64,000 bases of DNA from an uncultured Gemmatimonadales bacterium. Its GTDB lineage: Bacteria > Gemmatimonadota > Gemmatimonadetes > Longimicrobiales > Gaopeijiaceae. A model generated the notes under the pieces. It was not told the DNA's origin. It saw nothing but the letters and a program-made list of their open reading frames with translations, and did no database searches. The position numbers were made by a program, and so were the translations under genes. The stretch spans positions 1,568,001 through 1,632,000 of the forward strand of contig CAWELD010000003.1 in NCBI GenBank assembly GCA_963809895.1, read 5' to 3'. Shown piece by piece: positions 18,672 through 29,619 of the stretch. The stretch's first letter is position 1, and every line of letters begins with the position of its first letter.

Positions 18672-19117
18672 CGTCTCGCCCTCGTCACTCGCTGCTCGAG
18701 CTCGGTCGCGAACACGACCCGGACGACGCCGGCGGACACGAGCTCCTTCTGCAGCTGATCCATGATGCGATAGGGGACCTCTCGGTCACCGCGGATGGAG
18801 ATCACCAGATGCCGATCGGACGCCGCGTACAGCGGCCCCACGTACTCCGACACCTGATCCATGGCGAACGGACGGTCGTTCATGTAGATGCTGCCGTCAC
18901 GCTCGACCCAGATGTTCAGGATGTTCTTGGCCTTCTCGTCGATCTTCTCGGTGGCCTGAGCCGCCGGCCAGTCGATCTTCCGCTCCTTGTCGGTCCGGAA
19001 GACCGTCGTGACCATGAAGAAGATCAGCAGGAGGAAGGCGATGTCGGCGAGCGAGGAGTCCGGGATCTTGTCCGAGGCCCGGGACTTCCGCTCGAATCCG
19101 CCACTCTTGATGGCCAT
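18668..19117 (-). CDS. exbD: ExbD/TolR protein
   Basis: SLADIAFLLLIFFMVTT, IRGD..Y. Confidence 0.9.
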   Translation of the reverse strand: MAIKSGGFERKSRASDKIPDSSLADIAFLLLIFFMVTTVFRTDKERKIDWPAAQATEKIDEKAKNILNIWVERDGSIYMNDRPFAMDQVSEYVGPLYAASDRHLVISIRGDREVPYRIMDQLQKELVSAGVVRVVFATELEQRVTRARR

Positions 19118-19120
19118 CGA

Positions 19121-19543
19121 TCAGTTCTCCAGAACCTGAAGTGAGATCTTGTCCGCGCCCGCCGTCTGCAGCGCATCCAGAACGTCGATCATGTACCTAT
19201 ACGGCGCGTCGGGGTGGGTCTTTACCGCGGCGATCAGGTTGGGGTTGCCCGCCACGTCCTGCCGCCAGATGCCCTCCACCTCGTCGGGACGCACCGTCTG
19301 GATGTCGGTGGATTCACCCCGCTTCACGTCGACGAGCCCGTTCGGCTGGATGATGATGTGCAGAATGTTCTTCTGGTTCACCTCCACCGTCTCCGACTCC
19401 TCCGGGAGCACGATGGCCAGCCCCTTGTCCTTCGGGAAGACCGTGGTGACCAGGAAGAAGATCAGGAGCAGGAAGGCGATGTCGGCCATCGACGACGACG
19501 GGATCTCGTCGCTGACCTTCGACTTCTTGTTGAGCATTGCCAT
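19121..19543 (-). CDS. exbD: ExbD/TolR protein
   Basis: SMADIAFLLLIFFLVTT. Confidence 0.9.
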   Translation of the reverse strand: MAMLNKKSKVSDEIPSSSMADIAFLLLIFFLVTTVFPKDKGLAIVLPEESETVEVNQKNILHIIIQPNGLVDVKRGESTDIQTVRPDEVEGIWRQDVAGNPNLIAAVKTHPDAPYRYMIDVLDALQTAGADKISLQVLEN

Positions 19544-19603
19544 AGCCGGGACCTCGTCAGGCGTGCATGCAGAGTACAGTGATTCCGGGTCTGGAGTTCC
19601 CGG

Positions 19604-20368
19604 TCAGGCTTGGGGTTCGTCGAGGGGCGGAGCCGGGGGCGACGCTGGCCGGGCGGCCTCACGGGCCCCTGCCGACGGCGGCGCCGACGGCGCCCGGATC
19701 AGGACCTCCTCCACGACCTCCAGGCGTCCGTCCTTCTCCATGTCCCACGCCAGATTCAGGATCCGCTGCGAGCCCTGTTCCATGTCCAGGATGAGCTCGT
19801 CGATCCGCGTCACGAAGAAGTTGTAGCCGATGTTGACCGGCACGGCGATGATGAGGCCGGTCGCCGTGGTCAGCAGCGCCACCTTGATGCCGCCCGCCAC
19901 CAGCCCGGGCTCGACCTCGCCGGCCCGCTCGATGGCTCCGAACGCCAGGATCATGCCGGCGACCGTGCCCAGGAAGCCCATGAGCGGCGCCACGTTGGCG
20001 ATGGTCGCCAGGATCACCAGCCCTCGCTCCAGGAAGCCCAGCTCGATGGCTCCCGTGGTGGAGATGGCCTGGTTGATCTCGCCGGTCCGCACCGTGCCCT
20101 GACGGATGCGCCGGAACCCGGCCAGAAGGATGGCCGCCGTGGGCCCGGGCGTCTCGGCCGCGATGGCCATGGCACCGTCCAGATCCCCGGCGCGCGCGGC
20201 TTCTTCCGCGCGGGCCAGCACGGACCGGGTTCCCCGGTGCGCCGCCCACAGCGTCCAGGCCTTGGCGATGATCACACCCAGCGCGATGAGCGAGCAGAGG
20301 ACGAGGGGATACATCATCCACCCGCCGTCGGCGAAGAGGGTCAGAAGCTGATATTGGGCGCCGTCCAA
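19604..20368 (-). CDS. exbB: MotA/TolQ/ExbB proton channel protein
   Basis: APLMGFLGTVAGMI, GIKVALLTTATGL; TTG start after AAGGAG. Confidence 0.9.
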   Translation of the reverse strand: MDGAQYQLLTLFADGGWMMYPLVLCSLIALGVIIAKAWTLWAAHRGTRSVLARAEEAARAGDLDGAMAIAAETPGPTAAILLAGFRRIRQGTVRTGEINQAISTTGAIELGFLERGLVILATIANVAPLMGFLGTVAGMILAFGAIERAGEVEPGLVAGGIKVALLTTATGLIIAVPVNIGYNFFVTRIDELILDMEQGSQRILNLAWDMEKDGRLEVVEEVLIRAPSAPPSAGAREAARPASPPAPPLDEPQA

Positions 20369-20427
20369 GCCGCACTCCTTGTGAAGGCCGTATACCAAAC
20401 GGCATGTGATCCTCGGAGAACCGCGCC

Positions 20428-20456
20428 AATGTACGGGGGCCCTCCTGGGGTGTCAA
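20428..20456 (-). promoter_or_regulatory. Sigma70-type promoter of the exbB operon
   Basis: TTGACA-N17-TACATT on the minus strand. Confidence 0.65.
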
Positions 20457-20595
20457 CGCGATCCTCCAGTTGCCGATACGTCGGCACCGGCCCGGGCATT
20501 TCCGCCCCTCGTCCGCGGCGTTCGCGATTCTCCGGAAGCAGGCGCGGCACATGCGCTCCAGGCGTCTTCGACAGTCGTCGGATTCCCGCTGCCGC

Positions 20596-21387
20596 TCAGG
20601 TGCCGGTGGCGAGCGTCGGCCGGGCAGGCTTCACGCCGGTGAGGATCTCCCGGAGCCGGTCGCCGGTGACGTCCCGCTCCAGCCTGCCGCCTCGGGCCAC
20701 CGAGACGCGGGACGTCTCCTCCGAGACCACGATCACCACCGCGTCGGTCTCTTCCGACAGCCCCAGCGCCGCCCGGTGCCGGGTGCCCAGCGACTTGTCC
20801 GGCACGGTGTACTGCGTGAGCGGCAGGATGGCCCCCGCCGCCCGGATCTGGTCGCCCACCACCAGCACCGCGCCGTCGTGGAGGGGAGAGTGGGGCGTGA
20901 AGATGGTCGTGAGCATCTCGGCCGAAACCCGGGCCTCGATGGTGCTCCCGGTCTGGGCGTATTCGTCCAGGCCCACCTCGTTCTCGATGGCGATGATGGC
21001 CCCCACCTTGCTGCGGGAGAGCCGTAGAACGGCTTCGACGATTTCGTCGGCCACCTCGCTCTCTTCCAGTCGGGTGAAGACCCGGAGCATGCGGCTCTGC
21101 CCGAGCCGGGCCAGCGCCGAGCGCAGCTCGGGTTGGAAGATCACCAGCGCCGCGATGGCGCCGTACTGGAAGAGGGTCTGGAGGATCCGCTCGATGAGCT
21201 GGAAGTCCAGGACCTGAGCCAGGAAGTAGACGAACGCCAGCAGGAGCACGCCGAGCAGCATCTGCATGGCTCGTGTGCGGTGGATGATCAGGAGGATCCG
21301 GTACAGAAGCACGGTGACCAGGAGGATCTCCACCAGATCCCCCCACCCGGGCCGGAAGAGCCGGAGCGTGTCCCAGATCCGCGTCAC
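20596..21387 (-). CDS. cdaA: Diadenylate cyclase CdaA
   Basis: Three TM helices, FQPELR, LHDGA, GTRHRAA, VSEE. Confidence 0.93.
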   Translation of the reverse strand: MTRIWDTLRLFRPGWGDLVEILLVTVLLYRILLIIHRTRAMQMLLGVLLLAFVYFLAQVLDFQLIERILQTLFQYGAIAALVIFQPELRSALARLGQSRMLRVFTRLEESEVADEIVEAVLRLSRSKVGAIIAIENEVGLDEYAQTGSTIEARVSAEMLTTIFTPHSPLHDGAVLVVGDQIRAAGAILPLTQYTVPDKSLGTRHRAALGLSEETDAVVIVVSEETSRVSVARGGRLERDVTGDRLREILTGVKPARPTLATGT

Positions 21388-22264
21388 CGCGCCTCTCCAC
21401 CGGCGTCCGCGGCGCCGAGAAGGGCCTCGGCCACCGCCAGGGCCTGGCTCACCGGCGCCACGTCGTGGACCCGGAAGATGCGTGCCCCCCGCTCCAGGGC
21501 CAGCACGCAGGCGGCCACGGTGCCCGCCACCCGCTCGTCGGAGGGCGCGCGCGCCACCCGGCCGATGAAGCTCTTGCGGCTGGGCCCCACCAGCAGCGGC
21601 AAGCCCAGGTCGGTGAGCTCGTCCAGGCGGCCGAGGAGCGTCAGGCTGTGGCGCGCCGTCTTGGCGAAGCCGATGCCCGGATCCAGCACGATCCGGTCGC
21701 GCTCGATCCCGGCCCTCTCGGCCCGGGCCACGGCCTCGCCCAGCTCCGTCCGCACCTCGCCCACCACGTCGTCGTACTCGGCCCGGTGAACCATGTCCTC
21801 CGGCGTGCCTCGCATGTGCATGAGCACGAGGCCGGCCTCTGCGCCGGCCACCACCGATGCCAGCGCCGGATCGAACGCCAGTCCGGACACGTCGTTCACG
21901 ATGGCCGCGCCGGCTGCCAGGGCCTCGGCGGCGACGGCCGCCTTGCGCGTGTCGATGGAGAGGGGCACGTCGAACCGCTGCGCAGCTTCACGGACGAAGG
22001 GCAGCACCCGGCGGAGCTCTTCGGCGGCAGGAACCGATTCGGCGCCGGGACGCGTGGACTCCCCGCCCACGTCCAGAATCCCCGCACCGGCTTCCACGAG
22101 GCGCTCCGCGTGGGCCAACGCCTCGTCGAGGCTGTCCAGGCGGCCACCGTCGGAGAAGGAGTCCGGGGTGAGGTTGACGATCCCCATCACCACCGGAGAC
22201 TGGAGGGCGACGCGCCGTCCCCTCGCCAGGCGCCAGACGCCGGGTTGGAGGGCGGCCGCCTGCT

Positions 22265-22268
<4 letters not shown>
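21384..22268 (-). CDS. folP: Dihydropteroate synthase
   Basis: MGIVNLTPDSFSDGG, GGESTRPG, DPGIGF, SRKSF, RVHDV. Confidence 0.95.
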
Positions 22269-24292
<2,024 letters not shown>

Positions 24293-24325
24293 GCTCTCGT
24301 GGGTTTCGAGCTTCGGGCGCCGGCC

Positions 24326-24880
24326 TCAGATCGAGGCGATGTAGGGCAGGTGCCGGAAGTTCTCGCTGTAGTCCAACCCGTAACCCACCAGGAAATCCGA
24401 CGGGGCGTCGAAACCCACCCAGCGCGGCTCCTTGTCGAGGGTCACGAGTCGCTTGTGCAGCAGGGCGCACACCTCGAGGCTCCTGGGCTCCCGCTCCTCG
24501 AGGAGGGGAATGAGCCGGGCGAGGGTGGTCCCGCTGTCGATGATGTCCTCTACGATAACGACTGCGCGATCCTCGAGGGACGCCTCGGAGTCGTAGAGCA
24601 GACGAACGTTGCCGCTGGTGACCGTGCCCGAGCCGTAGCTGGAGGCCACCAGGAAATCCACGTGGAGCGGGAGGGTGATTCTCCGAACCAGGTCCGCCAG
24701 GAAGATGAACGAGCCCTTGAGGAGCCCCAGCACCAGCAGGTCGTCGTCGGCACCGTAGGCGCGGGAGATCTCCGCCGCCATGGCGTCCACGCGCGCGGCG
24801 ATCTGTGCCTCGCTGTAGACGATCTCGCGAATCGCCTGTCCCCCGAGCTGACCCGGGATGGTGTCACGCGCTGTGGGCAT
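24326..24880 (-). CDS. hpt: Hypoxanthine phosphoribosyltransferase
   Basis: LLKGS, VIVEDIIDSGTT, FLVGYGLDY. Confidence 0.95.
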   Translation of the reverse strand: MPTARDTIPGQLGGQAIREIVYSEAQIAARVDAMAAEISRAYGADDDLLVLGLLKGSFIFLADLVRRITLPLHVDFLVASSYGSGTVTSGNVRLLYDSEASLEDRAVVIVEDIIDSGTTLARLIPLLEEREPRSLEVCALLHKRLVTLDKEPRWVGFDAPSDFLVGYGLDYSENFRHLPYIASI

Positions 24881-26252
24881 CCTCGACCCCGATGTAGAAC
24901 TCGCGTTGGCCGGGCGTGGGGACGGCATCGACGCTCCTCGCGACGCCGGGCACCCAGAGGACCCGATCTTCGTCATCCGTGAGCACCGCCGTGCTGCGGC
25001 GCTCCCTGCGAGGCACCCGGGCCTCGCCCAGGAGCTTCGCGACCTTCTTCGTGCCATACGCGAGTCGCATCCGGTCACCGGGCCGGGGGGCCCGGATCCG
25101 AAGCGGGAAGCACATGGCGCCGGGAGCGAAGCCCGCCGCTCCGGCAGGAAGCCTCTCCGGCTCGAACCCCCACCGCACCCGGTACGTTCTACCCCCGAGG
25201 CACGCTTCCCCTTCACCCGGGTCCGGATCCCGGAGGACAAGCGGCTGGTCGGAAGCCACCGGATTCCCGTCCGGCACCCGCCGCTGCAACACCAGGGCAT
25301 CGAAGTCCCGCCGGAGGTGCAGAGCGCCGGAAAGCCGGATCTCGCGGCCGCTGCCGCCTCGGCTTGTAAACTCCATGGCCACCCGGGTTCCGGCCTCGGA
25401 GAGATCCACGCCGAGGTCGCGCGCGCACGCCCTGAGAAGCCTCCGACGAACCGCGGGATGATAGGCCAGAAAGGCAGGTCGGGCAAGGACGATCCCACCG
25501 CCCGAGCGCTCGTGAACGACCCCCTCGAGAAGCTCCGACTCCGCCTCGCTCCACGCCGCTTCGGCCCGGGCGGCATTGCGCGCCAGACGGAGCAGGGCCC
25601 GCCGCGCCCCCGGGGCCACGGCCTGCTCGGCCCTCGGCAGGATCTCGTGACGGAGGACGTTGCGGGCGAAGGCCGGGTCCCGGTTCGTGGGGTCCAGGCG
25701 GTGCCCGAGGCGCGCAAGACGGGCGTAGCCCTCCAACTCGGCTCTCCAGAACGGCAGCAGGGGGCGCACCCTGAGCCCGGACCGAGGCGCCATGCCCCGC
25801 AGGCCGCGCAGCCCGGTCCCGCGCAGCACCCGGAACAGGACGGTCTCGGCCTGATCGTCGGCCTGGTGGGCCGTCAGAATCGCAGTGGCGCCCCGGGCCG
25901 CCGCGACCCGCTCCAGGAAGGCGTAGCGCAGGTCCCGTGCTTCTTCCTCGCTGGCCGGCGGGCTGTCGGCCCGTGCCACTTCCACCCCGAGCCCCCAGGC
26001 ACGCGCGAGCCCTCGCACCCAGCGGGCATCCCCCGGACTTCCGGGGCGGAGGCCGTGGTCGAAGTGGGCCACCAGGAGCCGCTCGGCCGGGATGGAGCTG
26101 GCGAAGCGGAGCAGATGCAGGAGGACCACGGAATCCAATCCCCCGGACACCGCCACCAGGCGCGGCTCTTCGCCCTCGACGAGCCCCAACGAGGCGGCGT
26201 GGCGCGCGAATCGCCTGGCCAGGGTGCCCGCTTCGGAGGTCGGGGGATTCAC
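24864..26252 (-). CDS. tilS: tRNA(Ile)-lysidine synthase
   Basis: AVSGGLDS, HFDHGLR, AHQADDQAET, RN..RH. Confidence 0.93.
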   Translation of the reverse strand: MNPPTSEAGTLARRFARHAASLGLVEGEEPRLVAVSGGLDSVVLLHLLRFASSIPAERLLVAHFDHGLRPGSPGDARWVRGLARAWGLGVEVARADSPPASEEEARDLRYAFLERVAAARGATAILTAHQADDQAETVLFRVLRGTGLRGLRGMAPRSGLRVRPLLPFWRAELEGYARLARLGHRLDPTNRDPAFARNVLRHEILPRAEQAVAPGARRALLRLARNAARAEAAWSEAESELLEGVVHERSGGGIVLARPAFLAYHPAVRRRLLRACARDLGVDLSEAGTRVAMEFTSRGGSGREIRLSGALHLRRDFDALVLQRRVPDGNPVASDQPLVLRDPDPGEGEACLGGRTYRVRWGFEPERLPAGAAGFAPGAMCFPLRIRAPRPGDRMRLAYGTKKVAKLLGEARVPRRERRSTAVLTDDEDRVLWVPGVARSVDAVPTPGQREFYIGVEDAHSA

Positions 26253-27094
26253 GACGCGGCTCCCGCGAGGCCCGGGGGCAGCGGCCGTCCCGCCTCCTCG
26301 TGGAGGACGCGGGCGAGGATGTCGGGACGGTCGCTCTGGACGGAGTCGACGCCGAGCGCCAGCAGGCGGCGCATCTCGTCCGGATCGTCCACCACCCACA
26401 CGTGCACGGGGATGTTGCGCCGGTGGGCCTCGCGGATCAGGCGGGGCGTCACCACCTCCCTGCCCCGCCAGCGCACGGGAATCTGGAAGACGTCGACGCC
26501 GGGCGTGTAGAGGAAGGCGAGGGGCGTGCGATGGAGCACGGCGAAGGGGCGGAGCTGACTCCGCGAGGCACCCCAGGGCCCGGGGTAACCGCGCACGTCA
26601 CGACGATTGGCCTCGTGCTCGGCGGCCACCAGGACCCGATGCGCCGCTCCGTGCTCGAGCACCAGCTCCACCAGCGGGCGCGCCACCTCCGGGCACTTGG
26701 CTTCCACGTTCAGGCGCGCGGCGGGAAGCGCCTCGAGGACCTCACGGAAGGTGGGAATGCGGACGCCGGACGCCGCGAAGGTGGCATCTCCGTGCGGGTT
26801 CTCGAAGCGGGCCCCGGCATCCAGGGTGCGGAGCTCGGCCAGCGTGAGCTCCGCCACGGAACCGGTGCCGTCGGTGGTGCGATCCACGGTGGCGTCGTGA
26901 AGCACCACCACCTGTCCGTCGGCCGTGAGGCGGACGTCCATCTCGAGGATGTCGGCGCCCCAGACCTCCACGGCCTGCCGGAAGGCCTCCAGGGTGTTCT
27001 CCGGCGCCAGGCGCGCCCCACCGCGGTGGGCGGTCAGGAGTGGCGCACCCGCCAGATAGGGGTGGCCGGGGCGGCAGCGAAGGAGGCGCCGCAA
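26249..27094 (-). CDS. Glycerophosphodiester phosphodiesterase
   Basis: AHRGG..PENT, EMDVRLTADG, HD; start uncertain. Confidence 0.88.
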   Translation of the reverse strand: MRRLLRCRPGHPYLAGAPLLTAHRGGARLAPENTLEAFRQAVEVWGADILEMDVRLTADGQVVVLHDATVDRTTDGTGSVAELTLAELRTLDAGARFENPHGDATFAASGVRIPTFREVLEALPAARLNVEAKCPEVARPLVELVLEHGAAHRVLVAAEHEANRRDVRGYPGPWGASRSQLRPFAVLHRTPLAFLYTPGVDVFQIPVRWRGREVVTPRLIREAHRRNIPVHVWVVDDPDEMRRLLALGVDSVQSDRPDILARVLHEEAGRPLPPGLAGAAS

Positions 27095-27098
27095 GGGC

Positions 27099-27608
27099 TC
27101 ACGCCGTGCGGACGGCCTCCACGCGCTCCACCTCGTCTTCCGCCAGGCCGTGGTAGCGGTAGAGGATCAGGTCCATGAGACGATCGGTCATGACCAGCTC
27201 GCCCTGGAGTCTCTCTCGACTGTCCGGCTCGGGTCCCGCCAGCTCCTCCTCGAGCTCCAGGATCCGTCCACCCAGGAAGGCGAGGATGTCCTCCACCACC
27301 TGGGGCCTCGGCTCCGCCGGCGCCAGCGCGTCGGGGTTGGCCTCGGTCAGCAGAAGCCCGCGTACGAAGGCCAGCAACCCCGGAAAGGTGAGCTCCGAGA
27401 GCGGGGGGCCGTCGGTGGCCTCCTCGTCGGTGAGGTGCTCCCACTCCAGCTCGTTCCAGTAGAGGTCCAGCGCCTCTTCCTGCAGGTGGCGGCGCGCTTC
27501 GTCGGTCAGGGGCGAGTCGTCGCGGCGCGGCTCGGACAGGGGGCGTCCCAGCAGACGGGCCAGGCGCTCCCGGCGGCCGCGGACCAGCGTGGCAACACGA
27601 TCTCTCAT
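27099..27608 (-). CDS. Hypothetical acidic helical protein
   Basis: Host-like codon usage; leads the GDPD-tilS operon. Confidence 0.6.
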   Translation of the reverse strand: MRDRVATLVRGRRERLARLLGRPLSEPRRDDSPLTDEARRHLQEEALDLYWNELEWEHLTDEEATDGPPLSELTFPGLLAFVRGLLLTEANPDALAPAEPRPQVVEDILAFLGGRILELEEELAGPEPDSRERLQGELVMTDRLMDLILYRYHGLAEDEVERVEAVRTA

Positions 27609-27751
27609 GGTGATTCCGTGACGGAGGGTGCTTCGGGGGACTGAGAAGATGGGCCCGCTGCCCACCTCGGGAAAGGTGGGGGTCATGGCGGCACGGAGGA
27701 CCCCGTCCCATCTTCGGCGCGCACCTGTCCGATCGTCATCCGGAGCACACC

Positions 27752-29035
27752 ATGTCCGTACGAGCACCGTTCCGCTTCGCCCTTCTCGCGACGCTCCTGT
27801 CTCCGGTGGCCCGGGTGGCGGCCCAGACCCCGACCCTCCTGGTGCCCGACCGCGTGTTCGACGGTGAGACCATGCACGCGGGCTGGGTGGTGCTCGTCGA
27901 GGGAGATCGCATCGCCGCCGCCGGCCCCCGCGCCGGGATGGACCTGCCGGGCGACACCCGCGAGCTCGCGCTGGACGGCGCCACGTTGCTGCCGGGCATG
28001 ATCGAGGGCCACAGCCACATTCTGCTGCACCCCTACGACGAGACCGCGTGGACCGACCAGGTGCTGCGTGAGGGCTGGGGAGAGCGGGCGGCGCGCGCCG
28101 TGGTGCACCTGCGCAAGACGCTCGAGGCCGGGTTCACCACCGAGCGAGATCTGGGCACCGAGGGCGCGGGCTATCTGGACATCGGGCTCCGCGACGCGGT
28201 GCGGAAGGGCGTGGTGCCGGGCCCGCGGCTGCTGGTGTCGGGGCCCGCCATCGTGGCCACCGGGAGCTACCAGCCCAAGGGCGCCCCCGAGGTGCGGCTA
28301 CCGAAGGGGGCGGAAGAGGCCGACGGCGTGGACGGTCTCATCCGGGTGGCCCGGGACCAGATGGGACACGGCGTCGACTGGGTGAAGGTGTACGCGGATT
28401 ACCGTTGGGGCGCGGGAGGCTCGGCGGCCCCCACGTTCACGGAAGAAGAGCTCGCCCGGCTCGTGGAGGTGGTGGAGTCCAGCGGGCGGCGCGTGGCGGC
28501 CCACGCCGCCACCGCCGAGGGCATGCGCCGGGCGGCGCTGGCCGGGGTGCACACCATCGAGCACGGCGACGAAGGCACCCCCGAGGTCTTCCGCCTCATG
28601 GCGGAGCGTGGCGTGGCGTTCTGCCCGACGGTGGCCGCGGGATGGTCCACGGCGACCTACGCCGGCTGGCGCCCCGGGGTGGACCCGGAGCCGGCGCGGC
28701 TCCAGCGCAAGCGGGAGAGCGTGCGCGCAGCCCTCGAAGCGGGCGTGAAGCTGTGCATGGGTGGCGACGTGGGCGTCTACACCCACGGCGACAACGTGCG
28801 CGAGCTGGAGCGCATGGTCGACTACGGCGTGCCGGCGCAGGCCGCGCTGGTGGCCGCCACCAGCGGCAACGCCGACATCTTCGAGCTCCCGGACCGTGGG
28901 CGCGTGCACGCCGGGCTGCTTGCCGATCTGGTCGCCGTCGACGGCAATCCGCTGGACGACATCTCGTCGCTGCGGCAGGTGCGCCTGGTGATGAAGGGCG
29001 GAGAGGTGGTGGTGGGCGGCGGGTCGGGTCGCTGA
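27752..29035 (+). CDS. Secreted amidohydrolase family protein
   Basis: Signal peptide, PGMIEGHSH, KVYAD, AAHA, IEHG, GGD. Confidence 0.9.
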   Translation: MSVRAPFRFALLATLLSPVARVAAQTPTLLVPDRVFDGETMHAGWVVLVEGDRIAAAGPRAGMDLPGDTRELALDGATLLPGMIEGHSHILLHPYDETAWTDQVLREGWGERAARAVVHLRKTLEAGFTTERDLGTEGAGYLDIGLRDAVRKGVVPGPRLLVSGPAIVATGSYQPKGAPEVRLPKGAEEADGVDGLIRVARDQMGHGVDWVKVYADYRWGAGGSAAPTFTEEELARLVEVVESSGRRVAAHAATAEGMRRAALAGVHTIEHGDEGTPEVFRLMAERGVAFCPTVAAGWSTATYAGWRPGVDPEPARLQRKRESVRAALEAGVKLCMGGDVGVYTHGDNVRELERMVDYGVPAQAALVAATSGNADIFELPDRGRVHAGLLADLVAVDGNPLDDISSLRQVRLVMKGGEVVVGGGSGR

Positions 29036-29619
29036 CCGTCCGGGCCGACGGGGGGCTCTTCGCCGGAGCCCGGGCCTGGACGCGTAACGCGGCGCAGGGG
29101 CGGGACTGGCGCCCCCGGGCGCTCCTGATGCCCGTCCTGGCGTGGTTCCTGGTCCGACACCTGGCCGATCCGGGCTACGCGGGCATCTACGACGGGCTCA
29201 ACCTGGCGCTCCACGAAGGCGGTCACCTGCTGTTCGGCTGGTCCGGCAGCGAACTGCTCACGGCCGCCGGCGGAACGTTGCTCGAGGTGGCCTGCCCGCT
29301 GCTGGCCGCGGTGGCCTTCGTGCGCCAGCGCGACCCGTTCGCCGTCACCGTCGCGGGCTTCTGGTGGGGGACGACGCTCCTGGACGTGGCGCCCTACATG
29401 GCCGACGCCCGGGCCCGGGCCCTTCCGCTGGTCACGGTGGGCGACGGCCCGGCCACCCACGACTGGGCCTACCTCCTGGGCCGCTTCGGCCTGCTGGAGC
29501 AGGACTGGCTGCTGGCGGGCCTGACCCGGGACCTGGGCCTCCTGGTGTTGATCCTCTCGCTCAGCGCCGGGGCCTGGGTCCTGGTCGTGATGGCCCGAGG
29601 AAGTTCTTCGACACCGTGA
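29032..29619 (+). CDS. Membrane protein with HExxH motif (start is CTG 29032 or ATG 29128)
   Basis: LHEGGHLLF, YMADARA..LP, HDW and several TM segments. Confidence 0.7.
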   Translation: MTVRADGGLFAGARAWTRNAAQGRDWRPRALLMPVLAWFLVRHLADPGYAGIYDGLNLALHEGGHLLFGWSGSELLTAAGGTLLEVACPLLAAVAFVRQRDPFAVTVAGFWWGTTLLDVAPYMADARARALPLVTVGDGPATHDWAYLLGRFGLLEQDWLLAGLTRDLGLLVLILSLSAGAWVLVVMARGSSSTP

